Below are positions 30,501 to 39,815 of a DNA stretch of 64,000 nt, one piece after another. The stretch lies in the NCBI GenBank assembly GCA_965200315.1, contig OZ241362.1, positions 1,920,001-1,984,000 on the forward strand, given 5' to 3'. This DNA comes from Candidatus Latescibacterota bacterium. GTDB taxonomy: Bacteria; Latescibacterota; UBA2968; UBA8231. The position numbers were made by a program, and so were the translations under genes. How positions within the stretch are numbered: the first letter of the stretch is position 1; each line of letters starts with the position of its first letter. A model generated the notes under the pieces. It did not search any database. It saw only the letters and a program-made list of their open reading frames with translations, and was not told the DNA's origin.

Positions 30501-31306
30501 TTCGGGTGCTGGAGGAAACCATTGCCGATCTGCCGCAGGGCTTTGGTGACGCCAGTGCGGAGGTTATCTAAGGCGCGTTCACCGGTCTGATGCGCTTGCG
30601 TGCGCCAGCTTTCGATGATGCAACTAGACGGCTGGCCATTGGTTGGCTGCAACCGGCTGGCATGAGCGGTGAGCCAAAGGGCCGCAAAATCCGCATAGAG
30701 CCCCTCCGCGAACATGCGGTCCAAGTCGGCCTCAATGCAGGCGGGCCGCGTCAGGCTGGAGTTGTCGCGGAGCAGGCGCAGCTTTGCACCGTTGGAAATG
30801 ATCCCCCACAAAGAAGCGTCCTCGGCGTTGAGGTACTCTTGCATCAATCCGTGCGGTGCTTGCTGGCGTCCCTCGTGCCCAAACCGCGGATCGGCCTTGT
30901 CGAGTTCAAAGCCGTGCGTGGTCAACAAAAGGGGCACTGACTCGCTACAAGCGCGGTGGGTTAGAGCAAACCGGCGATCTCCGAGCGCGACGCTCGCAGA
31001 CGCGGTCAAATCGCCGTAGCCGAGGATGTCGCGCAACAAAGGCACAAGCCATTCGCCCACGCCGACGTGGTCTGCGCTGAGTTCGCGGCGCGGACAGCGC
31101 TCGGAATAACTCGCGTACAGATCGTTGGCAATGCGCCAATAGCGGGCCAGTTCCTCTTTGAGCGCGAGGGACTTAGAGAGGCCGTAGGCCATGCCGGTCT
31201 GTTTGGGAGCGTCCAATGCGGCGATGGTCTGGAGAAACTCAGGATGCAAAATGCCGCCTTTGATCCTGATAGCAATGAATCCGTGATCTTTTCGCGTTCG
31301 TGCCAT
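26963..31306 (-). CDS. Type IIG/Eco57I-like N6-adenine DNA methyltransferase (DrmMI-like) with internal SSR and three frame-shifted specificity segments
   Basis: GSYYTP, motif I DPACGSGHFL, YGVDRNPLAVELCK, motif IV GNPPW, NPNTRTCPIFRT, LPLYEAK..HQYDHR, PRYWV, then (DRIGS)n. Confidence 0.92.
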   Translation of the reverse strand: MARTRKDHGFIAIRIKGGILHPEFLQTIAALDAPKQTGMAYGLSKSLALKEELARYWRIANDLYASYSERCPRRELSADHVGVGEWLVPLLRDILGYGDLTASASVALGDRRFALTHRACSESVPLLLTTHGFELDKADPRFGHEGRQQAPHGLMQEYLNAEDASLWGIISNGAKLRLLRDNSSLTRPACIEADLDRMFAEGLYADFAALWLTAHASRLQPTNGQPSSCIIESWRTQAHQTGERALDNLRTGVTKALRQIGNGFLQHPNNAALCAALSEGTLSPEGYFQQLLRFIYRLLFLFTAEERDLLHTPGATKKQRDLFTEGYSLSRLRERALRRRHYDHHHDLYVGLRIIFGALARGEPALGLPALGGLFRRDQCPALEEAFIANERLLEAVRNLASFRTDEALARVNYRDMGTEELGSVYESLLELQPVVDMSAAPCAFGFVGDGLSSEKSRGSERKLTGSYYTPETLVNELIKSTLEPVLAQAVADHPEDPREAILALRVIDPACGSGHFLLAAARRMAAEIVSLGSSGPTSDETVRQHALREVVQNCIYGVDRNPLAVELCKTALWIETVEPGKPLSFLDAHILHGDSLVGVLDPEIMANGIPAAAYKPLTGDDKAVCTELKKRNRQAGDEVQGNLFDEDSLLEVAVATLDFGDMPEETIEDVERKRTAYEAMRVQEERTREELRANLFVGAYFAKKTRGSTDAVPLIEDFNRLKAGLVMRPGVGEAVGKLAREHCFFHWHLAFAEVMQDGGFDVVLGNPPWEVSQLAEKEYFAVRAPSIADLSGAERKRAISQLAEHNPPLWKQYQLDSRIYDARDAFCRSGGRHPLTAYGKLNSYALFAETFLRLLSPEGHAGLIVPSGIATDNSTKAFFDEIVTKKRLVSLYDFENREKVFPSIDSRIKFCLLTLTGADRPCPQAEFAFFLYQAEQLRDSARRFALSAEDFALFNPNTRTCPIFRTRRDMEIARKMYDRAGVLWKEAKGAEPEENPWGVTFMQMFNMTSDSGLFRTREQLEEAGWQLVGNVFVRPATRQQEGGGEHAASTEPVEACLPLYEAKLFHQYDHRFATFEGASEKDRQGGKARPMTAAEKEDAQQVPLPRYWVPEEEVKKRLDKTETAPFLTDRIGSDRIGSDRIGSDRIGSDRIGSDRIGSDRIGRGTTSRYESSPDRPTYGRRSAPSCREVDWARERSSDSRMEVGFETDHDSNQPENSDSVSYSKDGSWSQRSRHYSGRWIIPFRKTTNATNERTGIASFVPRSGMSDRAPLLHIEDAEAAALFVSTLNSLVLDFAARSAIGGTDLSFFIVKQLPVLPPEAYLDEVLPGLRYVELIVPRVLELTYTAADLEGFARDLGYDGPPFSYDDDRRHALKCELDAIFAHLYQLDRADLEWILDAPAPSASFPALKRNEMQEFGEYRTQRYVLCAYDQLARGELPSLTKGDEV
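27508..27702 (-). other. Alternative specificity segment B (out of frame at n=20)
   Basis: WKLALRLITTATNQRTVIASLIPKTGLGHKGAVITL...* (TGA 27508-27510); this frame is open from the SSR onward. Confidence 0.8.
27687..27815 (-). other. Alternative specificity segment A (out of frame at n=20)
   Basis: RYYIAIRVIARSTDIRTTISTIVPRSGLGKGTVVRLKNGSWL* (TGA 27687-27689). Confidence 0.8.
27821..27920. repeat. Perfect pentanucleotide simple sequence repeat (GATCC)20 inside the methyltransferase gene
   Basis: 20 exact units; coding strand (GGATC)n reads G-S-D-R-I cyclically with no stop in any frame. Confidence 0.97.
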
Positions 31307-31376
31307 TTTTGTCTTTTATCACCCGTTTTCCGCGTTCGTGAGCACACTGAGCCTGTCGCAGGGCACTTTATCCCTT

Positions 31377-34238
31377 TCACAAACTCGCCATGGGCATAAA
31401 AACATAGACCCCGATCTTGTCAACAGGCAGCACCGGAATCACGTCGTATCGCAGGCCCTTAGCATCGCTGGCCTCGCGGATGCGCCGATGGTCCGCCAAC
31501 AACTCCCGCGCCCGCTCGTGTGCGAGGCGATCAAACGTGTCTTCTAGGGCGGGGACCGCATCGCGGGCTTGCCTAATGAGGTGAGTTTTCTGGGCGTCTT
31601 CCATGTTGCGGCCCGGATCTGAGGACAGTAGCGACAGCGCCTTTTCCTCGGTCAATAGTTCAGGGTCGTTGCCCCCGCGAACCGCGACCCCAAGACACTC
31701 CTCGGTTAGGAGCGACTTCAGAGGCGCGTACCGGCCGTTGGCACCGCGCTGCTCCACTCGAAGCTGACTGCGCAGACGCAGCAGGTAGAGCACGGTGCGT
31801 GTGCTGATTTCTCGGGCGAACATGGCACTTGCCCGGGCACCGAGATCGGGTTGCCCGGCGTCGAGGGCCTGTTCAGCCACGTAATCAGCGAGTGCCGCAA
31901 CCAGCCGATGGGCCCGGTGGATATAGTCCGCCCCGGTTGGCGCAGGTTGGGCAAAGGCAAGTCTTGCAGCCGCTTTGAAGCCCATGGCATCGAGGCGGTC
32001 TTGGAGCGGTTTTGGAAGGTGGTCGACCCGCAAGTAACTATAACCGTTCCGTGGGTCGAGCGGTGCCCCCAAGCGTTCGGCGGCCAAGCGGACGAACCGC
32101 GCCACGTCATCCGGCCCACCGAGCACGGAAATCGCCTTCTGCCATTCCGGTAGGACGTCGTCGGGCCGCAGTCGCCGCTGGGCAAACACCGTGCGCGTGA
32201 TTTGCCCTTGAGCCGTTTCCCAAGCTTGGTCCACTTCGGCCTCGGTTTCTCCGAAGTCGAGGCTCACCTGCGCGGCTCGGGAGCTACCAGCACCTTGTAG
32301 GAGAACGGCCTGCATGATGGCATCCACGACCTTGTTGTTGTCGGTTGGCAAAGGCACGGCCACCCCGAGCTCGGTGCGAATTTTCTCGGCCTTGCGCAGA
32401 ATCACGCGGAGCACGGCACCATCAACCGGATTGTCTTCGCCGTAGAGCATCAAGGTGCGCACCGTGGGCGATGCCTGCCCAAAGCGATCGGCCCGGCCCT
32501 CGCGCTGCTCATGGCGGGTCGGATTCCAAGTGAGATCGTAGTGGACTACTGCATTGAAGTGCCGTTGCAGGTTGACGCCTTCGGAGAGGCAGTCCGTGGC
32601 CACGAGGACCGGCACAATATCTTCGCCTGCTGCTCCAAGTGCTTCCACTTGCTCTTCGCGCTGATCAGAGGTCAACTCTCCAGTGATCGCGGCCACGCAG
32701 GTTTTATCCGCCGGTAGAGCGCGTTTTAGGTTCTCGCCGATGTAGTAGGCCGTGGCGATGTAGCGGCAAAACACCACCGGCTTGAAGCCAGACACAACAA
32801 GCTGTTGCACTTGGGCGATCAAGGCCCTCAGCTTGGGGTCTTGCTTGGGACCGCGCAGCGCGTCAGCCCGCTCAATGAGCCGACGCAGGGCCGCAGCATC
32901 CTCGGGTGCTTCAAGGGTGCCGGCCGGTACGCTCTCGTCGAGCGTCAGGGCATCGTCGGCCCCTGTATCCATGACCGTTTCGCTTGCGGTTTGGTCCAAT
33001 TCGGTCTCGCTCTCGGCCGCTTGAAGTCGCGTCCGTAGTGCCAGTACTGCGGCGGCCGGGCTAGAAGAAATGCACCGCAGCAGAGCCAAGGCCGCCCACC
33101 AAGACATGCGTTGCTGTAGATTGGTGCCGTCCTTGGCCTGCTCAACCATGGTCCGAGCATAGGAAAGCACGTCGTCGAAGAGCTGACCCCAGTCGCCGGT
33201 CAACCGGTACGTAGCTTCTCGGCTCTCGCGGACGGGAAAGCCGGTCGTATCTTTCCACTCGGCAATGTCGCCGCGCCGCCGCTGGACAAAATGGCCAGCG
33301 AGTTCCTGGCGCAGCAAGCTACGTTCCTCGCCTTCGGGCATCTCGGCCAACTGTGCAAATTTCGGATCCAATAGGCCCAAGAGGTTGTGAAAAGCCTTAT
33401 CGTCGCCCGAATGCGGAGTAGCTGTGAGAAGTACCATACTGCGTTTGGTTTCACTCTCGGCGAGGCCCTTGAGAAGCTGATAACGCTGCTGGCGGGCGGC
33501 CGTATTGGACTGAACGCAGGTGTGGGCCTCATCAACTAGGACCAACTCCGGGCAGGTGCGCAGGAAATCACTACGCCGCTGATCCGATTTGATGTAGTCG
33601 AGGGAGACAACTGTATGAGGGTAGCACTCAAAGATAGACTGGTCCGCCCGCAGGCCGCGTTCAAGGCGTGCTGCCGTACCGGTGCGGACGACCTTGGCCT
33701 CAATGCTGAATTTCTCTGCCAGTTCCTGCTGCCACTGCTCGCACAGATGGGGCGGACACAGTACGGCAAGCTGTTTGATCTCGCCGCGATCGATGAGTTC
33801 CCGTGCTATCAGACCGGCCTCAATGGTCTTGCCAATACCGACATCGTCGGCGATTAGGAGGCGGGTGGTGTCCAGCTTGAGAGCCATGAGCAACGGTACG
33901 AGCTGATAGGCGCGGGGTTCGACATGGATGTTGCCGAAACTGCGAAAGGGACCGGCCCCGGCTCGCAGTTTCAGGCGCAGGGCATCCCGCAAGAGAAGAG
34001 CTGCTTCCTGCGGCCCCGGCTTGTTGGGATCGGGCAGGGAGAAGGTAGCCGCAGTGGGTGGCTCAAGCTCTATGGGCAAATAGATGAGCGTAGCATCGTC
34101 TTCTGCGCCGCCGAGGGGCCGCAGCTTCAAACAGTCGCTTTCCGTTTCGGGCAAAACGACCCATTCGCGTCCCCGGGCGCTAACCAAATTTCCCGGTTTG
34201 AATTCAACGGCTGATTCCATCGCAACCTTACCTGTCAT
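31377..34238 (-). CDS. SNF2-family helicase (DISARM DrmD-like)
   Basis: PGNLVSARGREWVV, LIADDVGIGKT, VDEAH, LTATPHSG, TDCLSEGVNL, WNPTRHEQREGRADR. Confidence 0.92.
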   Translation of the reverse strand: MTGKVAMESAVEFKPGNLVSARGREWVVLPETESDCLKLRPLGGAEDDATLIYLPIELEPPTAATFSLPDPNKPGPQEAALLLRDALRLKLRAGAGPFRSFGNIHVEPRAYQLVPLLMALKLDTTRLLIADDVGIGKTIEAGLIARELIDRGEIKQLAVLCPPHLCEQWQQELAEKFSIEAKVVRTGTAARLERGLRADQSIFECYPHTVVSLDYIKSDQRRSDFLRTCPELVLVDEAHTCVQSNTAARQQRYQLLKGLAESETKRSMVLLTATPHSGDDKAFHNLLGLLDPKFAQLAEMPEGEERSLLRQELAGHFVQRRRGDIAEWKDTTGFPVRESREATYRLTGDWGQLFDDVLSYARTMVEQAKDGTNLQQRMSWWAALALLRCISSSPAAAVLALRTRLQAAESETELDQTASETVMDTGADDALTLDESVPAGTLEAPEDAAALRRLIERADALRGPKQDPKLRALIAQVQQLVVSGFKPVVFCRYIATAYYIGENLKRALPADKTCVAAITGELTSDQREEQVEALGAAGEDIVPVLVATDCLSEGVNLQRHFNAVVHYDLTWNPTRHEQREGRADRFGQASPTVRTLMLYGEDNPVDGAVLRVILRKAEKIRTELGVAVPLPTDNNKVVDAIMQAVLLQGAGSSRAAQVSLDFGETEAEVDQAWETAQGQITRTVFAQRRLRPDDVLPEWQKAISVLGGPDDVARFVRLAAERLGAPLDPRNGYSYLRVDHLPKPLQDRLDAMGFKAAARLAFAQPAPTGADYIHRAHRLVAALADYVAEQALDAGQPDLGARASAMFAREISTRTVLYLLRLRSQLRVEQRGANGRYAPLKSLLTEECLGVAVRGGNDPELLTEEKALSLLSSDPGRNMEDAQKTHLIRQARDAVPALEDTFDRLAHERARELLADHRRIREASDAKGLRYDVIPVLPVDKIGVYVFMPMASL

Positions 34239-34324
34239 TTAGAGCCTGTTTGCCTTTCGACAAGCTCAGGGTCACTCATCACCTGCGCTCGTTGAGCCTG
34301 TCACAACGATCCGCAGTCCAATTC

Positions 34325-37300
34325 CTACTCTTCGCACCTGCCCGGCCCAAAAATCCAAGCGTACTCGCCCGCGATGCGGCCCCACAACGCTTGGTTTGCC
34401 GGGAAACGCACAACAGTGAATCCCGCATCCTCGAGGCGCTGCGTTATTTCGGCATCTCGGTTTGTATAGTAACGTTGGCCAGCCTCGCCGATGGTCGGTT
34501 CCGCCAGGGGCTTCCCATCGTGGTGCGGGCCGTCAATATAGATCAGCGTTTGCTGGTCGGCGTAAGCAAAATCCGGGCGGGTACTGAACTCCTCTAAGTA
34601 TGGCTGTGCCCGACTGGGCAAGTGATACCCATTCGCTTTAAGGTAGTTGATCCACGCCTGCTCAAGACCTGAAGTTGATGCGTTCATCAGTTCATCAAAG
34701 CTGTCGTCGGCCTCTGATACAGATGCGGCCGTCTCGTGCTCGCCCCGCGTCAGGCGACAGAGGAGATTGAGCATATCTTTGTTGTGCCGGTCAATGTGTG
34801 GGTGGTCCGGCTGGTTGTAATAGCTCAGTAGGCAGCGGTAGCAACCAGCCTCACAGGTGGTATCCTGATCCTCCAAGTCGCCGACATCGGTCCAGCCGCC
34901 GGATTTTGAAGTAAAATGGCCAATCTGTAGGGCGCAGCGGGCGACTCGGGCCATCGCGCCGGGATCGTTGGCAAGGCGGGTGAGGACGCCGGCACCGCCT
35001 TCAGCGGCCTCATAAAAAAGGATAGCAGCGCGGTTGTGCTGATCGGGCAGCGGCTCGGCCGCCAACTCGACCTCTTCCAATTGAAACTCCTGTTCGATGC
35101 CGCGTTTGAGCGCGTATTGCAACGAGGTGATGGCCGCGCTCGGCAGGTCGGCCGGCGGTTGGACCACGAGGACATTGCGAGTGTCCTCGACAAAGGGCGT
35201 GATGCGCTCAATGGTTTTGCCGTCTTGCACTCCATCATCTTCCTCATCCGTAGGGGCCTGTGCGTCTTTGGTCCACTCGCCGGTATTGGCATCAACGCTA
35301 AAACCGTAAATGGACTTCTGCTCGCGCCGGCGCCAGCCCAAATTAATGCGCCAAATCGTCGCGGCCGGGCCGTATTTGAGCTCCAAGAGTCGCTCGCCTT
35401 GCTCCTTTAACGCGACAACCTCGACGCACGGCTTGCCGCTCTCTTCGGCAAATCGCAGCGTCGTGATCATCTCGTACCCTTGCCGCTGCCGCTCTTCCTC
35501 GTCAGAGGTAATGCGTGTGGCCCGTCGCGTGGCCACCTGCTCAATGCGGTAGAGGTTAGAGATGACGCGCCCATCCGTGAGGCGAGCGTCGCAGCTAGTG
35601 CAGCGTTCGTAATCCTTCTGCTCGCCAAAATGTCCATACCCACAGGCCGCGCAGATGCGTGCAGCTTGCACCGGCAGCTTGGCCGAGAGAATGGCGGAAG
35701 CCTCGTCGCGCACAGTGAGAATGATGCGCCGCACTCGATAGGTGCTGCCTTCGTGGTAGATAATGGATTGGGGGCCGAATTCGGAGAGCCCCAAAAATCG
35801 GGGGCGGCTCAAAAACGAGTCCCTCACTACTTTCTCGCGGCGGCCCGGGATGAAGGCCATAAGCGGCAAGCGCGGAAAGTTGTACCCGGGCAAAAAGCCC
35901 TCGGCCGCAAGGTAGCGGTACGTATAAAAATCCGAGTTCATCGTCGGCCGGCTGTCGAGGAGCAGATTCTGTTGGGTATAGGCTTCGTCGTATCGCATCT
36001 TAGCCTCGCGGCGGTCCTGTTCGGTCGCCGCGGCGTTGTTGAGAATGCCGTTGGCGGATTTTAGCTGGCTGGCGGTAGCGCGATAAAGAGAGCGCCAGCG
36101 GCGGAAGGCTTCGTCAAACCGGCGTCCGACCGAATTCATCGCACTGTCCAACCACGTTTCCGTGTACCAAGGGGCCGATCTCTCAGCAAGGTCAGCGGCG
36201 AGCATGGCGAGGATGCGCTGCGCTCGCCTTTGGGCTTGGCCCAACGCTTTGGCACTACCGATGGGCGCGACGAGGTGTTCGTGCAGGGGCAGCTCCGCCG
36301 GTTGTTCTCGATTGAGGACGTCGCACACGGATGTGCCTAGCTTAACGCCGGTCTCGGCCAGCCAGACCGCGTGCAGATGGCTGCGGACGAGGTCTTCGTT
36401 GGCCAGATCAATGGTCGGCGGATTGACCGCACCGGAGACCATGCGCGTTGGATCAGAAAAAAAGTACTGGTCGTGGGGCGACTTAGCCGCGCAGTAGGTG
36501 ATCACCAATGCCGGCTGGCCGCTGCGCCCAGCACGTCCACTGCGCTGCGCGTAATTGGCCGGCGTGGGCGGCACATTTCGCATATAGACCGCGTTGAGTG
36601 CCGAAATATCCACGCCCAGTTCCATGGTCGGCGAGCAGAACAGAATCGGCAGGCCAGCCGGCTCCACTTTGCCTTCGACAATGCGTTCGGCCTGGAGGCC
36701 CTTGCGGAAGCGGGTCTCCCGTTCGGCGCGGACCTCGGAATCCACCTGGGCGGTGTGCTCGCGGGCTTCAAGTTGGTGCAGGAAACGGTCAGCACCTTCT
36801 AACAGCCCCGCGACATTCTCGTAAAGAGCGCGGAAAAAAGCGTTGGGAGACCCCTCACCCTCACCGCTGGCATCCTCGGATAGACGCCATTCAAGAACCG
36901 AGCTATCAATCTGGTAACCGATGCGGCTGCCGTATAACTCGGTGGACTCTACGTAGCCACAGATAGTCAGTACGCGCAAAATGTCGTCAATGACACTGTT
37001 GTAAACATCCTCATCGAACTTCGCCGGATAATGAGGATTGTCTTTACCCCACACCCCTTGAGACTTGATCCACCGCCCGAAGGCGGAGCGATGGGACATA
37101 TACCATAGGTAGTCCTGTTGGCGGAATCTGGAGCTGGGTCGCGGAACCATGAAGGCGTGTGCGGAAAGCCTTTCGTCTTCGGACAGCCCCCAAGGTTCTT
37201 TTAGCTGATTGAAGCTCAGGTTGCGGGTCCGCTCTTGGAAATCCGGGTCGAGATAGATGGTCTTGATACAGAGTGCCTGGCGCATCTGGTCGAGGATCTT

Positions 37301-39607
37301 GTGGACGATCTCGAAGCGACGCTGGGGTTCTATCGCCCCGAGCAGGGGATGCCCCTGCCGCCATTCTTCCTCGTCTTCGCAACAAGTTTCCAAGTCCCGG
37401 TATCGAATATCTAAAAGCCTGAGCTGGTCCAAGTTGGGGTTGTTGATGCGCCAGCCCCTCTTTAGGTCGAAATAGAGGCGATAGCCCAGAACGTCGCGTA
37501 GCGTTTTAAGGGTATTCTGCGCCCGGACGCCTTTGGTGTTGGGATTGGCCGCATAGTCGGTCGGGTCGAGGTGCAGATGATCGAGCACCCGTTGGGTCAG
37601 TGCGTCGTCGGCAAGGTATCCGTCCTTTTGTATGGCTGCCAGCAGCGCACCCCGCAGCAACAGGATTTGAATGAAATCGTTGAAGTGTCCGGCTTGAAGG
37701 CTGGCGTCTTGCCGATTGTCGGTAAAGGCGAGCAGCTTCTTGGTGTTTGCATCGAGATTGGTGCCGATGAGGTGCCTTAGCGCAGACAGTACCAGCATGG
37801 TCGTCGCCGAACTCCGGCCTTCACTCGAAAGACCGGAGAGCTTGCTCAGGTCGCTGCGCTTGCTGCCATCGTAGTACGCATTGCAGTCCGGGTTGAGACA
37901 GAAGCGAAACGATTTAGGTATAAACCATGCCGGCAGCCCGTTGTCGGCGATCTTGCCGAGAGTATCCACGCAAACGCGAATGGGACGATAGTTTTTGTTG
38001 TAGTAGGGCTTGAGACGTGCCTCCCCATGGTGGAATTCCAGCCAATCTTCGGGGTAATGGCTTTCTATATTAGCCGGATCAAATACCCCCTCGCTGTCGG
38101 GCATGAGATAGCCGTACAGGACCTCTTCTTCGTTGGAGCGTTCGGAAAGCTCGCGTGGACTAAAGGCCGTGGGCGCCTGCGCCTCCAGAGTCGCCCAGAC
38201 TGGGAAGTACTCCTGACCACACTGTCGGCAAAAAGAAAGATTGAACAAGAGGTGGTTGCGGTCGCCCGGTTTGAATTGTTGTCCCTCTAGAGTGATAAAA
38301 CGATCGCTAGGTGCCTCTAAGGTAGCGTACGCATTCGAGGGACTGCTGATGAACTGATGGAGCCGGAAGGAGAAGAAATTGCGGCCGCTGTCGCTCTCGC
38401 TTTGATAGGCCGCCAGCAGGAACTTCACGAGGTATTCTCGGCAAAATTGCTCCTGCAAACCGCTGTCTTGGGCGAGTAATGTTGCGGCTTCAATGACCGT
38501 GCGCGGCCGGGCAATGCGGACGAGCTTACCGTCCTGCTCTTCCAAACCGAGCTTGCGCTCTACCCAAGCCGCCACCGGATGGCTTGACAATTCAGCGTGA
38601 GTCGCATTGGCCACCCCAGTCGCGATGGCTTGGCGCAGGCTGGCGGAGTCAATAGGGGTGGCGTTGTTGGTAACAGGCTCAAGGGTTTCGGTGATGATGT
38701 TGTTCGCGCTGACCGGGACGCCAAATAGCCGACTGGCGATGTCGGCGACAATCGCATTCCGATCCTTGGCTGATCCCTCTGAAACCATGGTGGCAGAGGT
38801 GCCGATACAGCGGAGATGTTCGTTGAACCGTTCCCGAACGCGCCGGATCAACAGGGCCACATCAGCACCCTGCCTCCCCCGGTAGGTATGTAGCTCGTCC
38901 AAAACCAGAAACCTAAGCCCGGCGGCGTGTTGCCGCACCGCTTTATCGGTCTCTATGAACCGCGTCATGATCAGCTCGAGCATGACGTAGTTCGTCAGGA
39001 GGATGTCGGGAGGATTCTTCGCAATGTGCTCCCGTTCCTCGTTAGTTTCTTGGCCGGTATAGCGGGCAAAGGTCACAGGTTCGTCGCCTTCGCCATAGCC
39101 GCGCTGCAAAAACTTCTCCAACTCCTCGCCTTGGCTGTTGCACAGGGCATTCATCGGATAGACAACGATGGCACAGATGCCCTTGCAGGGGTCGCCGGAC
39201 TTCTTCCGCCGCAACACGTCATTGACAATGGGGATGAAGTAACTGAGCGATTTGCCGGAGCCTGTACCCGTCGTCAGGACATAGCTCTCGCCCCGGCTGG
39301 CGATAGCGATGGCTTCGGCTTGGTGTTTGTGCAACACGAGCGGTTGGCCTAGGGGGTCAGTTGGAGTCTTGATGCGAAAAATTTTCGCGCATTCCGCATC
39401 GAGGGTGCCGTTTGCCACAAACTCTTCAATAGACCCACCCGGCACGAAATTTGGGTTCAACTGGATGAGGGGAGCGGGCCAGAAACGGCCACTGCCGTAC
39501 GCCTCATCAACAACTCGGCGAATGTCTTCCGCCCGGATACGGGTGAAGCTGCGCGAGAAGCGTTCGTATTCTGAAATAAGTTCCTTGCGGAACGCAAAGA
39601 CGTCCAT
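34325..39607 (-). CDS. DEAD/DEAH helicase fused to DUF1998 Zn-binding and DUF559/Vsr-like nuclease domains (DrmA+DrmB-like)
   Basis: TTGTGSGKS, LDELH, GTSAT, SPTMELGVDI, YAQRSGRAGR, CxxC knuckles, CEAGCYRCLLSYYNQ, C-terminal RPDF..IYIDGPHH..RD..LEDAGFTVVRF; AGGAAGGAG RBS. Confidence 0.92.
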   Translation of the reverse strand: MDVFAFRKELISEYERFSRSFTRIRAEDIRRVVDEAYGSGRFWPAPLIQLNPNFVPGGSIEEFVANGTLDAECAKIFRIKTPTDPLGQPLVLHKHQAEAIAIASRGESYVLTTGTGSGKSLSYFIPIVNDVLRRKKSGDPCKGICAIVVYPMNALCNSQGEELEKFLQRGYGEGDEPVTFARYTGQETNEEREHIAKNPPDILLTNYVMLELIMTRFIETDKAVRQHAAGLRFLVLDELHTYRGRQGADVALLIRRVRERFNEHLRCIGTSATMVSEGSAKDRNAIVADIASRLFGVPVSANNIITETLEPVTNNATPIDSASLRQAIATGVANATHAELSSHPVAAWVERKLGLEEQDGKLVRIARPRTVIEAATLLAQDSGLQEQFCREYLVKFLLAAYQSESDSGRNFFSFRLHQFISSPSNAYATLEAPSDRFITLEGQQFKPGDRNHLLFNLSFCRQCGQEYFPVWATLEAQAPTAFSPRELSERSNEEEVLYGYLMPDSEGVFDPANIESHYPEDWLEFHHGEARLKPYYNKNYRPIRVCVDTLGKIADNGLPAWFIPKSFRFCLNPDCNAYYDGSKRSDLSKLSGLSSEGRSSATTMLVLSALRHLIGTNLDANTKKLLAFTDNRQDASLQAGHFNDFIQILLLRGALLAAIQKDGYLADDALTQRVLDHLHLDPTDYAANPNTKGVRAQNTLKTLRDVLGYRLYFDLKRGWRINNPNLDQLRLLDIRYRDLETCCEDEEEWRQGHPLLGAIEPQRRFEIVHKILDQMRQALCIKTIYLDPDFQERTRNLSFNQLKEPWGLSEDERLSAHAFMVPRPSSRFRQQDYLWYMSHRSAFGRWIKSQGVWGKDNPHYPAKFDEDVYNSVIDDILRVLTICGYVESTELYGSRIGYQIDSSVLEWRLSEDASGEGEGSPNAFFRALYENVAGLLEGADRFLHQLEAREHTAQVDSEVRAERETRFRKGLQAERIVEGKVEPAGLPILFCSPTMELGVDISALNAVYMRNVPPTPANYAQRSGRAGRSGQPALVITYCAAKSPHDQYFFSDPTRMVSGAVNPPTIDLANEDLVRSHLHAVWLAETGVKLGTSVCDVLNREQPAELPLHEHLVAPIGSAKALGQAQRRAQRILAMLAADLAERSAPWYTETWLDSAMNSVGRRFDEAFRRWRSLYRATASQLKSANGILNNAAATEQDRREAKMRYDEAYTQQNLLLDSRPTMNSDFYTYRYLAAEGFLPGYNFPRLPLMAFIPGRREKVVRDSFLSRPRFLGLSEFGPQSIIYHEGSTYRVRRIILTVRDEASAILSAKLPVQAARICAACGYGHFGEQKDYERCTSCDARLTDGRVISNLYRIEQVATRRATRITSDEEERQRQGYEMITTLRFAEESGKPCVEVVALKEQGERLLELKYGPAATIWRINLGWRRREQKSIYGFSVDANTGEWTKDAQAPTDEEDDGVQDGKTIERITPFVEDTRNVLVVQPPADLPSAAITSLQYALKRGIEQEFQLEEVELAAEPLPDQHNRAAILFYEAAEGGAGVLTRLANDPGAMARVARCALQIGHFTSKSGGWTDVGDLEDQDTTCEAGCYRCLLSYYNQPDHPHIDRHNKDMLNLLCRLTRGEHETAASVSEADDSFDELMNASTSGLEQAWINYLKANGYHLPSRAQPYLEEFSTRPDFAYADQQTLIYIDGPHHDGKPLAEPTIGEAGQRYYTNRDAEITQRLEDAGFTVVRFPANQALWGRIAGEYAWIFGPGRCEE

Positions 39608-39815
39608 CAGACTCCTTCCTGTCGCTCGGACGGATTGAGTACTCCAGCTAGGTCAATTAAAGGCGCATCGCGTCGTCTCATCGAGATGGCCGATCTGCGC
39701 CTCATACGCGCCTGCGTGGTCGAGACGGTTTTGGGCGCTGGAGATGCGGCGAATCGCTATATCGTCACGCGGGGCTTGCGGCATCGTTCACCCCTTTCCG
39801 TAGGACAGGTCGGCG
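39593..39815. repeat. 223-bp direct repeat, right copy
   Basis: Contains the last ~9 codons of the ABC ATPase gene, the intergenic region, the RBS and the first 5 codons (MDVFA) of the helicase. Confidence 0.95.

Noticed and set aside
34252-34305. TGAGC(C/T)TGTC motifs (also ~31348 and ~44183)
   Set aside because: Probably degenerate copies of another REP-like family; too short and decayed to call.
24900-39815. Prophage, ICE or integron
   Set aside because: No integrase, phage or conjugation genes, and no attC pattern recognised.
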